From positions 1 to 51,401 of IMG/VR virus record IMGVR_UViG_3300023297_000013: a stretch of DNA of 51,401 nucleotides. One strand, given 5' to 3'. The position numbers and the translations under genes are program-made. This document shows positions 18,505 through 28,458 of the stretch, piece after piece (positions within the stretch are counted from its first letter, which is position 1; every line of letters begins with the position of its first letter). The stretch is from a virus (lineage: Duplodnaviria > Caudoviricetes). Under the pieces are notes generated by a model. The model was given only the letters and a program-made list of their open reading frames with translations. It had not been told where the DNA came from and made no database searches.

Positions 18505-18867
18505 TTATTTGCCTTTCTTTTTGGCTACTTTCTTTTTGGCTACTTTCTTTGTTACTTTTTTCTTCTTTGTTACTTTCTCTCCTTTCTCTCCTTTCTCTGC
18601 CATCTTTGCCTTTTTATTTTTCTTTTTCTTTTCAAGAATATCTCCACGAATTAATTTTGCTTCTTTGATAATCCCCTGCAAACCTACCCTGACTCTTACT
18701 CCTGGCTTTATAGTCCCCTTATCGAATTTTCTGGAATCATACAAAAGTTCATCGATAGACTCTCGAAGACCGATAAGTAAAACTTCAATTTCTTTACTTC
18801 TCTTCTTTACTTTCGAATTGGCCTCTTTCTCTACCTCTACTTCTTCTACCTTTTTCTTTTTTGCCAT
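18505..18867 (-). CDS. histone H1-like (Hc1-type) nucleoid protein
   Basis: KFDKGTIKPGVRVRVGLQ core and Lys/Ala-rich KKKVAK tail. Confidence 0.65.
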   Translation of the reverse strand: MAKKKKVEEVEVEKEANSKVKKRSKEIEVLLIGLRESIDELLYDSRKFDKGTIKPGVRVRVGLQGIIKEAKLIRGDILEKKKKNKKAKMAEKGEKGEKVTKKKKVTKKVAKKKVAKKKGK

Positions 18868-18951
18868 TTCTTTCTCCTTCTGTTTTCTGTTAATAGTTTA
18901 CTTTCTGTTACTTTCTGTTACCTTCTGTTACTTTCTGTTAATAGTTAATAA

Positions 18952-19197
18952 TTAATCTTTACCAGAATCAACTTTAGCCTTAAATAAAGACAAGGCGGCT
19001 ATTCCCGCCGCAGCACCAATAATGCAATCAACTATACGGTCAACTCTGTTAACAGAAATATCCTTAGGATTATTTGGAATGTTTAATGCTCTCGCAAATA
19101 GATTATTTAACAAATCCTTTGCTTCTTACCTTTCTTCTTCTACTTCTTCTTTTAACTTTAATGCTGCCATTACTGCCTGTTCTGCTGTTATTGCCAT
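18952..19197 (-). pseudogene. small gene interrupted by in-frame TAA (19126-19128)
   Basis: AAGGAG RBS, ATG, 23 codons, TAA, then 57 more open codons in the same frame. Confidence 0.5.
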
Positions 19198-19265
19198 TTC
19201 TTATTTCTCCTTTTTAGCTATATTCACACTCATAATGATTATTTTCCTTCCTTTGAGCAATCCCT

Positions 19266-19460
19266 TTATCTTTTATCCTCGACAAGATTAAAACAAGCAA
19301 GACAAGCCATTATATTTTTGCCTCCTCTTATTTCATATTCGTCAAAATGAGGGCACCAATCACCGCAGGTATTAGTCCCACAAATATGATTGCGGAAAAC
19401 TGCTGAGCCTAATTTTTTTACTAACAAAGTGCCACCTTTAGATATTTTAGCATCTAACAT
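19266..19460 (-). CDS. small Cys-rich hypothetical protein
   Basis: CGDWCPHF motif. Confidence 0.55.
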   Translation of the reverse strand: MLDAKISKGGTLLVKKLGSAVFRNHICGTNTCGDWCPHFDEYEIRGGKNIMACLACFNLVEDKR

Positions 19461-19652
19461 ATTTAATCCATCTCGTACGATCCCTTTATTTTGATAATAA
19501 CTTTTGTTCTGTTTTATTGACTATTTCTTGGAAGAATATTTGTAGAAATTCAAGTTCTTCCCGTGTAAACTGGCTATTCTTCAATTCATTTAAAATGGCT
19601 AAACAGTTCTTTTCTATTATATCTATTTTCATACTGCCTCCTTAAATATTAA

Positions 19653-20648
19653 TTATCTTAAAAAAGCCTTCTCCCATTTAATAAAGTTATCATTATCTAA
19701 AAAACTTTTAAAATGATGCTGGTCAAATACTCTTAAGAACTTTTGTCTTGTAAATCGATTTCTTCTTAAGACCATTCTTTTTATTTCATTATCAAAAGGC
19801 AACGACACTAATTTTAAATTCCTTTTAATAATCTCTTGCCCCTCCTTGCTCTCTATCTTATCATAAATTTTACCCTTAACAAGTTTGCCTATAATATATT
19901 TCAGCGCCTTAGATGCCGCCTTCTTGGGATCGCTTGCACCTCTTATTCCTACTACCCCATCACCATCACAACCACCAATTGCTTTTGCCATAGCCCATTG
20001 GTTAGGCAGAACACCAAAATCGATTAATAAATTTCTCTTCGTAAAGAACTTCTTCTTTTGTGGATTCCATATATCACAGTAATCTAATTCCTGATACATA
20101 TCTGCATCCGTAGTAACCATAACAACTCGAGCCTTTACTTTTCTTTCATTTAATCTTAAAACCCACCACGCCAGAATATCGTCGCCCTCATACCCAGAAC
20201 AAATAAAGTTATTTTTAAAACCAAGCTCTGGTAAAACATAATTCATTAATCCTTCTCTTTGACGAATCAAAGATTGATGAGCTTCCCGTTCTTCTATCGT
20301 TTTTTCTTTTCTATTCTTTATTCTTTTTGATTTATACTTTGCATAAATCTTTTCTCGATTGCTACCTTTAGAATCCCAACAAAAAATAAATTTATTAGTC
20401 TTGAATTTATTAGAGAGAGATAAGATTTTTTGCAATACTCCATAAGTTACCCCAGTATTCTTACCATTATAAGACAAATGCCCCATAGCATTAAGAGCCA
20501 TATAACAAAGAACACTTCCATCTATTAAAAGTATAGGAGAATTTTCTGTCTTAGTATCTTTAGTATCTCGACTTTCTTGATGAGACTTCGTCTTCGAAAA
20601 CAGACTCAATATATTCCCATTTCTTGCTTGCTTTTTTAATAAGCTCAT
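19653..20648 (-). CDS. 5'-3' exonuclease / RNase H (PolA N-terminal, FEN-like); start uncertain
   Basis: LLIDGS, CWDS, YKSKR, YEGDD, TTDADMYQ, GCDGDGVVGI motifs. Confidence 0.85.
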   Translation of the reverse strand: MSLLKKQARNGNILSLFSKTKSHQESRDTKDTKTENSPILLIDGSVLCYMALNAMGHLSYNGKNTGVTYGVLQKILSLSNKFKTNKFIFCWDSKGSNREKIYAKYKSKRIKNRKEKTIEEREAHQSLIRQREGLMNYVLPELGFKNNFICSGYEGDDILAWWVLRLNERKVKARVVMVTTDADMYQELDYCDIWNPQKKKFFTKRNLLIDFGVLPNQWAMAKAIGGCDGDGVVGIRGASDPKKAASKALKYIIGKLVKGKIYDKIESKEGQEIIKRNLKLVSLPFDNEIKRMVLRRNRFTRQKFLRVFDQHHFKSFLDNDNFIKWEKAFLR

Positions 20649-21666
20649 CTTCTAAATTATTTCCTTCTATATATTTTACAAAAGATTCTCTCGTCTTAAA
20701 CTTCTCTCCATTAAACTTAATTTTTTTCTTTCCCCATAAGTAATCTATCATGGACTGTAAATCATCAAGACCATAATCATAAAGAATATTAAAATTACTT
20801 TCTCTAAATGGCTTTGCTACCTTACTTCTTTCTACTTTAATATGACTCTGAATGCCATAAACTTTTTTCTCCCCCTGTCTTGTTTTTGCAAGCTTCTGTA
20901 TTTCCCTAATCCACGCAACTTGATGCGTATAAAAATCTAAACTTTTCCCCCCTGCCCTGTAAGTCTTCTTTCCAAAAGTAACGCCAATCTTTGTTCTAAT
21001 CTGAGACAAGATCATAAGAGTCGCATCTTTTTTATTTGTTTCTGCCAAACTGCAAACATACGCAAAAAAAGCAGAGCCGTACTTTTGCTTCTCGAGATTA
21101 TAACTCCCCTCTATTTCTCCCCCCGTATCAACACTCTTTTTAAATCTTTCAGTATCAGCATAAGAACGTAAAGCATCCCAAGAATCAATAATGAAAAGTA
21201 AAAAATAACCTTTCTTTAATTCATTCATCCTCGATATATAATCCCTTCCCATAGATTCTATATTTTTAGGAGTAACCCATTCAACAGAATTGACAAAATC
21301 TTTTCCATACATTTTCTTAATTGGGAAATCCATGACCCCTTCTGCATTACAATAAACTATCTTTACCTCTTTAACTTTTGGAAAGATTTTTGACTTTACT
21401 TTTTTGATGTTTTTATAACACCAAAAGGCAAGTTCCAATGCGAGCAATGTTTTACCACTACTCCCATCACCAACAAGGTTTAAAACTCTTGCTCTTGCCC
21501 AACCGCCATCTTTACCCTCCCCGCTCAAGGCGAGATTCAATGTAGTACTTCCACTTCCCAAGAACTCTACTGTGGGAATTTCATTTCTTTTTCCCACAGA
21601 CCTCTTAGCATCAGCAACACATTCTGATACCGTTCCGCCTCTACGTTTAAGACTTCTTTTTTTCAC
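20560..21666 (-). CDS. recA: RecA/UvsX-like recombinase
   Basis: SGSTTLNLALSG, GDGSSGKT Walker A, IIDSWDAL, SQIRTKIG, AGGKSLDFY, KVAKPFR. Confidence 0.9.
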   Translation of the reverse strand: MKKRSLKRRGGTVSECVADAKRSVGKRNEIPTVEFLGSGSTTLNLALSGEGKDGGWARARVLNLVGDGSSGKTLLALELAFWCYKNIKKVKSKIFPKVKEVKIVYCNAEGVMDFPIKKMYGKDFVNSVEWVTPKNIESMGRDYISRMNELKKGYFLLFIIDSWDALRSYADTERFKKSVDTGGEIEGSYNLEKQKYGSAFFAYVCSLAETNKKDATLMILSQIRTKIGVTFGKKTYRAGGKSLDFYTHQVAWIREIQKLAKTRQGEKKVYGIQSHIKVERSKVAKPFRESNFNILYDYGLDDLQSMIDYLWGKKKIKFNGEKFKTRESFVKYIEGNNLEDELIKKASKKWEYIESVFEDEVSSRKSRY

Positions 21667-21688
21667 AGCTTCACCTTGTTAAAAGTTA

Positions 21689-22741
21689 TTAAAATGGGAT
21701 GTCGCTTTCCTTTTCAAACTTATCTTCAAGAGCTTCGACAATTTTTTCTTTCACCTCTTCTTCTTCATCTTTTCTTTTAACCTTTACATCCAAATCATTT
21801 TCTTCGATAAACTCTTTTAATTCATCCATATCTTCAAGGTCTTCTACCTCGTCTAATAAATCTTCCAATTCATCTTCATTTTCATTTCCTGAAACTTCTT
21901 CCTTCTCATCATCATCTTTATCGTCTTTGTGACTTCTCTTTTTTCCTTCTTCTTCTTTATCCTTACCGCCCCAGTACGCCTCGGAGATTTCATCATAATC
22001 TGCCTTGATAACTTCATCATCTAAAGTAAAGGCAGCATCAAGGATTTCGTCATCTACTTCATAATCTCTTTCATCAAAACTATGCCCAACATATTTTGGA
22101 TAATCGTTTTTACTTTTCGCTGGTTCAACACTAAAGGAAATAGACCTTCCATCAACAGGATCGGCAAAATTAATTAATTTCTCTTTTCCTCCACGCCTTG
22201 AAGGTTTCTTGCTGATAGCAAGAACAAGCTTTTCAAAGTAATGATAAGATACGTCCCAAATCTGTACTCCTTTTTTCTCTTCCCCTTTATCATAACAAAT
22301 TACATTGTAAAGGTTTCTTCTTTTTGGGAATAACTTTTTCCAAATATCGTCACTAACTCCCTTCTCCCTCAGCCTCTGCCTTTCCTCACAAATTGGGCAA
22401 GGTTTATTATACATTTCTGCAGGACACAAATACATTCCTTCATTTGGACCAACTCTTGTATGCGCCCAGTATTCAAAGGTATAAGTCGGATCTCCTTTTT
22501 TAACAAACGGATCGCTCTTTCCTGCCAAATACGGGACAACATCAACAATATGGGAACCATCTTTTGGACGCCACATAGATACATCAGGATTTTCTTTTAA
22601 AATATTTTTTGATTTTCCCTGGCTTCTCTCTTGCCCTGCCTGAACTCTTGCCTGTAATCTTTCACTTTGTATTCTTCTTTTCTCTCTGCTTTTTGTTCTT
22701 GAATTTTTCTTGCCATTCTTGCCCTTTCTGTCTCTGCTCAT
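21689..22741 (-). CDS. T4 gp32-like single-stranded DNA-binding protein
   Basis: H...CP...CPICE zinc motif, GVQIWD, DPVDG, very acidic tail ending DIPF. Confidence 0.75.
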   Translation of the reverse strand: MSRDRKGKNGKKNSRTKSREKRRIQSERLQARVQAGQERSQGKSKNILKENPDVSMWRPKDGSHIVDVVPYLAGKSDPFVKKGDPTYTFEYWAHTRVGPNEGMYLCPAEMYNKPCPICEERQRLREKGVSDDIWKKLFPKRRNLYNVICYDKGEEKKGVQIWDVSYHYFEKLVLAISKKPSRRGGKEKLINFADPVDGRSISFSVEPAKSKNDYPKYVGHSFDERDYEVDDEILDAAFTLDDEVIKADYDEISEAYWGGKDKEEEGKKRSHKDDKDDDEKEEVSGNENEDELEDLLDEVEDLEDMDELKEFIEENDLDVKVKRKDEEEEVKEKIVEALEDKFEKESDIPF

Positions 22742-22892
22742 TAGTACCCTCCTCCTTTTTTGTGTTTTTTATGTTTTTACTAAAGACCTGCATAAAACTT
22801 TTGGCAACTGCCAATCCCGCTAATCGGAAAAAAATATAGCAGAATAAGAAAGCAATCACAACTATCAATACATTTCTAAATACCTCTGCCAT
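22662..22892 (-). CDS. small membrane protein
   Basis: N-terminal hydrophobic helix. Confidence 0.5.
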   Translation of the reverse strand: MAEVFRNVLIVVIAFLFCYIFFRLAGLAVAKSFMQVFSKNIKNTKKEEGTNEQRQKGQEWQEKFKNKKQREKKNTK

Positions 22893-23392
22893 TACTTTCT
22901 CCTTTTAAGATTCCTACAAATAGTCCGTTTCGTATCTCCTCTTTCCGATTCTTTATTTTCTTTATACCCTTTCGAGGTTTTTGGTTCTGAAAAATGTAAA
23001 CGTAAATCTAACTGAACCAATCCTTCAAGCGATTTCTTTCTACTACTAAAAGACTTCTCCATTTTCTCAAGAACCCTTTCCTCCATTACAGCCTCTAAAT
23101 AATTAGCATTATATTCCTTTACTCTTTCATGAAGCATTACTGCATTCCTTATCATAGCCTCGGTAATCTTTCCTTTTTCGTTAATCCCGTGCTTCTTCGG
23201 GTCTTTACGAATTTCATCTTCTGCTTCTGCTCTAACAATATCTAAATCTTTTTTGGCGGCATCTTTATCCCCTGCGGCCTGAACAGCCTTCAAAGCCCAA
23301 TCGAAATACCTCTGTGGTTGCTTAACAAGCTCTTCATCAAGATTATATTTATCAATAAACAATTCATTCCTGTATTTACTGTATTTTCCCAT
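22892..23392 (-). CDS. UvsY-like recombination mediator
   Basis: Helical protein with IDKYNLDEEL and KITEAMI segments, upstream of SSB and RecA. Confidence 0.55.
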   Translation of the reverse strand: MGKYSKYRNELFIDKYNLDEELVKQPQRYFDWALKAVQAAGDKDAAKKDLDIVRAEAEDEIRKDPKKHGINEKGKITEAMIRNAVMLHERVKEYNANYLEAVMEERVLEKMEKSFSSRKKSLEGLVQLDLRLHFSEPKTSKGYKENKESERGDTKRTICRNLKRRK

Positions 23393-23444
23393 TGTTCTAC
23401 TCCTGTTCTACTCCTTGTAGAGTTAACTTCAAATAAGCCCGTAT

Positions 23445-23461
23445 ATTTATATTATATCACG
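23445..23461 (-). promoter_or_regulatory. extended -10 promoter motif CGTGATATAATATAAAT
   Basis: TGn-TATAAT; matches the two copies at 35446-35462 and 35631-35647 except at one base. Confidence 0.65.
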
Positions 23462-23463
23462 CT

Positions 23464-26400
23464 TTAGCTTTTCCTTGGTACAAAAATCTTCAACAATCTG
23501 AAAAAAGAATTTAGTCCTTTTTTGAAGTACTTTTTATTCTCTGAATTGTAAAGAACTGCCGACGGGTGTAAACACCAAACGACCCACGCACCATACTCCT
23601 CGTTCCATATAACTTTTCCACTTAAATTCATAATTCCTGTTTTCTGTTGAGTAAAAAATTGTAGAGAAGTATTACCAAACGCTAAGATAACCACTGGCCG
23701 TACTTCTACAAGCTCTCGTTTTAAAAAAGTACTGCATTTTTTTATTTGTGAAGTAATTGGTTTTCTGGTTTTAGAAGGAAAACACTTACAAATATTTGTA
23801 ATATGAAATAAGCTTTTATCATATCCTCTTCTATTTATACTCTTCCATAATAATTTTCCTGTCTGCCCAACAAAACCAATTCCTTGTTTATCCTCTTCTT
23901 TTCCAGGAGCTTCACCAATAATCACAATATTATACTTTCCTGGGGTTGGAGTAACTGGGCTTTTACACTCCTTCCTAAGATCACAACGAGAACAGGCCAT
24001 AAGCTTATCATGCCCCGAAAACTCTACTTCTCTTAAAGCCGACTTCGGTGCTTTTCTAACTTCTTTTATGTCACCCGCTAACAATTTATCAATTACATCA
24101 AGTCGAATCTTACCATTAAAAAGAGTAAAGAGTTTTTTGTAACTGGCTTGAGAATTTACAACAATACGAAAATCAAAAAACGATTCTACTTCTTCATCTA
24201 CCTGAACACTATCATATTGATTATAAGAACCAATCTTATTAAGGATTTTTCCTAACACTCCTTTTTGCTTTACAACTACATTTGATTTCTTCTTGGTAAA
24301 AAACTTCTTAATATCATTAGTAGTTATTCCCGCATTAGCTATTTCAACAGCCTTGACAGCCCCTATACCCCGTACTTCTACGAAGGGTATATATAACTTA
24401 CCTTCTTTTGCGACCCACCTTGTAGCCTCGCTTATGCCTACCTTTGGTAATACAGCAGTCAGTCCTAAACGATACGCTTCTTCAATTAATACCGATTTCT
24501 TATCCTTTGCACCAAAAGTTAATGCCGCACAAATAAATTCAGTAGGAAAATATTTTTTTAACCACGCTGACTGGTATCCTAATAAAGCATAAGCAACAGA
24601 ATGGCTGGCATTAAAACTATATCTACAATGCTCTTCTAATCCAGTCCAAAATTCTTCTGCTTCTTTTCTCGAAAGGGTTTTTTGTTTTAAACATCCACGA
24701 ATAAATTTTTTCTTATATGGCATGAATTCTTTTTTACTTCTCTTCTTGCCAATTATCTTTCTAATTTTATCAGCAGTAGAATAAGACAAACCAGCAACTT
24801 CACTAATAACTTTCATCACCTGTTCTTGGAATACAACTACCCCATGAGTATCAGCAGTAATAGATTCATATATTTTATGTTTCGTTTCCCAAGAACCACC
24901 TCGTTTTCTTCTTATGTATTCGGCAGTCATTCCCGATTGCATAATTCCTGGTCGAACAAGAGCGACAATATCTCTTAAATCATTAAATTTCTTAACCCCA
25001 ACTTCACCAATCAAACTTGTTGTTGCCCTTGTATTTAACTGAAACAGCCCAACAGTATTTCCATTATCAATTTCTTGATAAACAGCCTTATCATCTATAT
25101 TTATTTTGTCAAAGTCAATATCTTGATTAGAATTATTTTTGATATTTTTTAATGTTTCCCCAAAAATAGAAAGAAGCTTTAATCTCAAAGCATCTAATTT
25201 CATAAGGCCAACAAATTCTGCATTATTCTTTTCCCAATTTACAAGAAGTACGTCTTTTCTCCTAAGCAAATTACATCTTCCGCTCTGATCTAATGGTTCA
25301 TTAGAAACAATCAAAGCCGCAGCGTGTTGAGAATAATTTTTTATTTGCCCTTCTAAAACTTTAGCGATTCTAATAACTTCAGGGTGTCTATCATTAAATT
25401 CTGCCCCTTCTTGATAATTATCGATAGACTCTTGTATTCCGGTATGTTCATCATTGTCTTCAATTAAATCTGTAAAACTATTGACTTCATCAAAAGGTAC
25501 GCTAAAAACTTTACTTACATCTTTTATAACAGCCTTTGCCTTCATTCTATTAAAAGAACTTACGTTAGCAATATGGCTATCTCCATACATCGTTTCAAGA
25601 TGCTGTTTTACAAGATGCCCCTTAATATGCTCAAAATCTACATCTATATCTGGATAGTCAATTCTGTCCTCGTTAATAAATCTACTAAAAAGTAATCCAT
25701 GTTTAATCGGATCAATAGCAGTAATTCCAAGTAAAAATGCAATAAGGCTTCCTGCCGCTGATCCTCTTCCTGGACCAACTAAAATATCATTTGATTTACA
25801 CCATTTAACCAATTCCCACACAATAAGAAAATAACGAGCGAATTTCTTCTTAACGATAAGATTGTACTCTTCCTTTAGACGAGAAAGATATCCTCCGCTT
25901 ATTTCTTTCTTAAACTTATTTTTATACCCTTCAAGACATAGTTCCCAAAAGAATTTCTTTTCTCTTAATACCCCTTTGACTCTTGGTAAATGAATTTCTT
26001 GTTTTGGAATTCTAAAAGAACTGCACTTCTCTGCTATCTCAATAGTATTTAAAAGATATTCTTTTTTGTAAGCATTTACTTTTCTTAATGCCCTTATCAT
26101 TTCTGACACAGATCGTAGATGCAATCCTCTAATATCGAATTTCCATCTATTGGGATCACTCCACAATTTTTTTGTTTGAATAGCAAGAAGTACTTCCTGT
26201 GCTTTCCAATCACTTCTTTGTATATAATGGCTATCGTTTGTCGCTATAATTTTACAGCCTGATTTTTTCGCAAGACGAATATTTAATTTGTTTGCTTTTA
26301 TTTGCCCATCTAATTGATGAGGCATTACTTCACAATATAAATCCTCTCCAATCTTATCTAACAAATCATAAAAAAACTTTTCTCCTTCTTTGCACTTTAT

Positions 26401-26823
26401 TAAAAACGAACTACAACAAGCAGTAGAAACAACCAACCCTTCGCAATGTTTTAGAAGCATTTTATAATCTATTCTTGGCCTATAATAAAGCCCTTCTAAA
26501 TTAGCATATGTAAGTAATCTACATAAATTATTAAAGCCTTCTTGATTCTTAACCAAAAGTAAAATATGCCCTCGCCTCTTATCATTTTTTACTTTTGCAT
26601 CTGGAACGATATAGGCTTCACAACCAAGTATTGGAGAAATATTATATTTATCGCAAGCTTTCTGAAATTCAATTAACCCATTTATAGACCCATGGTCTGT
26701 AAGAGCAAGATATTTGAACCCCATTTCAGAAGCCTTTTTTGCATAGGCATCTACCGTTCCTACTCCGTCAAGAACGCTATATTCACTATGCAAATGAAGA
26801 TGGGTGAAGTTTTTATTTTCCAT
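23464..26823 (-). CDS. dnaE: DNA polymerase III alpha (family C) with C-terminal family-4 uracil-DNA glycosylase domain
   Basis: PHP domain HLHLHSEYSVLDG, ALTDHG, TNDSHY; GPGRGSAAGS, YPDIDVDF, KLDAL, YSFNASHS; then CSRCDL, GEAPGKEED, FVG, TNICKCFP, HPSAVL. Confidence 0.95.
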   Translation of the reverse strand: MENKNFTHLHLHSEYSVLDGVGTVDAYAKKASEMGFKYLALTDHGSINGLIEFQKACDKYNISPILGCEAYIVPDAKVKNDKRRGHILLLVKNQEGFNNLCRLLTYANLEGLYYRPRIDYKMLLKHCEGLVVSTACCSSFLIKCKEGEKFFYDLLDKIGEDLYCEVMPHQLDGQIKANKLNIRLAKKSGCKIIATNDSHYIQRSDWKAQEVLLAIQTKKLWSDPNRWKFDIRGLHLRSVSEMIRALRKVNAYKKEYLLNTIEIAEKCSSFRIPKQEIHLPRVKGVLREKKFFWELCLEGYKNKFKKEISGGYLSRLKEEYNLIVKKKFARYFLIVWELVKWCKSNDILVGPGRGSAAGSLIAFLLGITAIDPIKHGLLFSRFINEDRIDYPDIDVDFEHIKGHLVKQHLETMYGDSHIANVSSFNRMKAKAVIKDVSKVFSVPFDEVNSFTDLIEDNDEHTGIQESIDNYQEGAEFNDRHPEVIRIAKVLEGQIKNYSQHAAALIVSNEPLDQSGRCNLLRRKDVLLVNWEKNNAEFVGLMKLDALRLKLLSIFGETLKNIKNNSNQDIDFDKINIDDKAVYQEIDNGNTVGLFQLNTRATTSLIGEVGVKKFNDLRDIVALVRPGIMQSGMTAEYIRRKRGGSWETKHKIYESITADTHGVVVFQEQVMKVISEVAGLSYSTADKIRKIIGKKRSKKEFMPYKKKFIRGCLKQKTLSRKEAEEFWTGLEEHCRYSFNASHSVAYALLGYQSAWLKKYFPTEFICAALTFGAKDKKSVLIEEAYRLGLTAVLPKVGISEATRWVAKEGKLYIPFVEVRGIGAVKAVEIANAGITTNDIKKFFTKKKSNVVVKQKGVLGKILNKIGSYNQYDSVQVDEEVESFFDFRIVVNSQASYKKLFTLFNGKIRLDVIDKLLAGDIKEVRKAPKSALREVEFSGHDKLMACSRCDLRKECKSPVTPTPGKYNIVIIGEAPGKEEDKQGIGFVGQTGKLLWKSINRRGYDKSLFHITNICKCFPSKTRKPITSQIKKCSTFLKRELVEVRPVVILAFGNTSLQFFTQQKTGIMNLSGKVIWNEEYGAWVVWCLHPSAVLYNSENKKYFKKGLNSFFRLLKIFVPRKS

Positions 26824-26887
26824 TTTTTCCTTCTTTTATTTCTTAATCCATCAAATCCATCAATCTCAACATGAGCCTACATCAATC

Positions 26888-27493
26888 TCAACATGAGCCT
26901 ACATCAATCAACCCTTGTTTTAGCAAAAATTCAATTACCTCATCCACACATTGCTGCAAATTAAGTTTATCTGTAGCGATAATAAAATCAGAATGTTCAG
27001 GAATTTCATAAGGCGCAGAAATTCCCGTCATATTTATTATTTCACCCATGCGACCCTTTTCATAAAGACCTTTTGGATCACGCTTTGCACATTCTTCAAT
27101 ACTACATTTAATATATACTTCATAACAAGGCCAACCAGTCATTAACCTGCGTACGTATTCTCTGCTTTGCTTATATGGAGTAATAAAAGCGGCAAAAACG
27201 AGCAATCCCGCATCCACCATAATTTTGGACACCTCGGCAATACGGCGAACATTCTCTTTTCTGTCTTCAGAGCTTAAAGTTAAATCCTTATTTAATCCCG
27301 TTCTAATATTATCTCCATCAAGAACATAACTGCACACGCAAAGGGAATACAACTTTTCTTCAACAGCATGAGCAAGGGTGGACTTTCCACTTCCAGATAG
27401 ACCCGTGAACCAGAGCAGACCTCCGCTATGACCATTTAATAGATACCGATCAACAGTAGAAACAGATGATGGAGAAGGAAAAATATTATTCAT
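26888..27493 (-). CDS. cysC: adenylyl-sulfate (APS) kinase
   Basis: LWFTGLSGSGKSTLA, LDGDNIRTGLN, DRKENVRR, RDPKGLY, TGISAPYE. Confidence 0.95.
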   Translation of the reverse strand: MNNIFPSPSSVSTVDRYLLNGHSGGLLWFTGLSGSGKSTLAHAVEEKLYSLCVCSYVLDGDNIRTGLNKDLTLSSEDRKENVRRIAEVSKIMVDAGLLVFAAFITPYKQSREYVRRLMTGWPCYEVYIKCSIEECAKRDPKGLYEKGRMGEIINMTGISAPYEIPEHSDFIIATDKLNLQQCVDEVIEFLLKQGLIDVGSC

Positions 27494-28458
27494 ATCAATT
27501 CCCTAATCCCAACTCTTTTATTTTTTTCCCATGGCCTTGCAATTATTTCTGACATTGTTTTGTCAACTGTATTTTCTTCTCGTGCCCAGTCTACTTCTTC
27601 TTTTGTAGGTATTGGCAATGTTGCTTTACCCATTTTGTCCGGTAAGAATCCAACCCTGTAAGATATTGCATCACACCATTTGCATGGTATGAAATTCCTG
27701 TTTCTATCGTATAATAATTTTCTTGCGATATCGAATTCCTTGCCGTTCCAAATATCGTCTAAGTTCCCTTCCTTTTTTACTTCTCCACAATAGTAATGCC
27801 CCCTCCAATCATTACAACAAATAGCAATCTTACCATCCCATCTAATACTCAATTCCCTAAACGGCTTTGCGCATCTCTTCTTCATTGGAGAAAATAATGA
27901 AGGAGCGGCACACCCACAATGATTATTCAAAACGCTATGCCCCCCAGTTTTAGCATCTTGTATATCTTTTATATAGATAACTTTTTTGGTATCGATTCGA
28001 AACTTTTTATGTGGGCTTTCACCTCCAGGATATTCTTCGCCTTTTACTTTTGATTTGATTTTCTTTGAGAATGGATTATGACTATAATCATCTATACCAA
28101 GAATATTTATTCCATTAGAAAATAATCTTTTTACTTTTTCTTTTGGCGAAGGAAGAAGTCCAATCCCGTTCGTCAACATCGTTAATTGGTTTTGTGGAAG
28201 ATAACTTCTAAATATTTTTATAATTTCTAAATGTCTTGGATTTAAGGTAGGCTCGCCATGCATAGCAAACTCAATACGTGACCCCCATTTTGTTGCACCA
28301 ATTTGCTTTGCGATATTTTTACTACATTCTAACGACATAAATTTACATTCGTTTGGTTTTTTTCTTATGCCACGTATACCACAAAATTTACAAAATAAAT
28401 TACAGCCTTCTGTAAGCTCAACTTGTATTGCAAATGGTGGTTCTTGTTTTTCTTTCAT
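27490..28458 (-). CDS. radical SAM protein with SPASM/twitch domain
   Basis: CNLFCKFC cluster motif, HGEPTLNP, TNG, then CAKPF...ICCNDW...CKWC. Confidence 0.9.
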   Translation of the reverse strand: MKEKQEPPFAIQVELTEGCNLFCKFCGIRGIRKKPNECKFMSLECSKNIAKQIGATKWGSRIEFAMHGEPTLNPRHLEIIKIFRSYLPQNQLTMLTNGIGLLPSPKEKVKRLFSNGINILGIDDYSHNPFSKKIKSKVKGEEYPGGESPHKKFRIDTKKVIYIKDIQDAKTGGHSVLNNHCGCAAPSLFSPMKKRCAKPFRELSIRWDGKIAICCNDWRGHYYCGEVKKEGNLDDIWNGKEFDIARKLLYDRNRNFIPCKWCDAISYRVGFLPDKMGKATLPIPTKEEVDWAREENTVDKTMSEIIARPWEKNKRVGIRELI

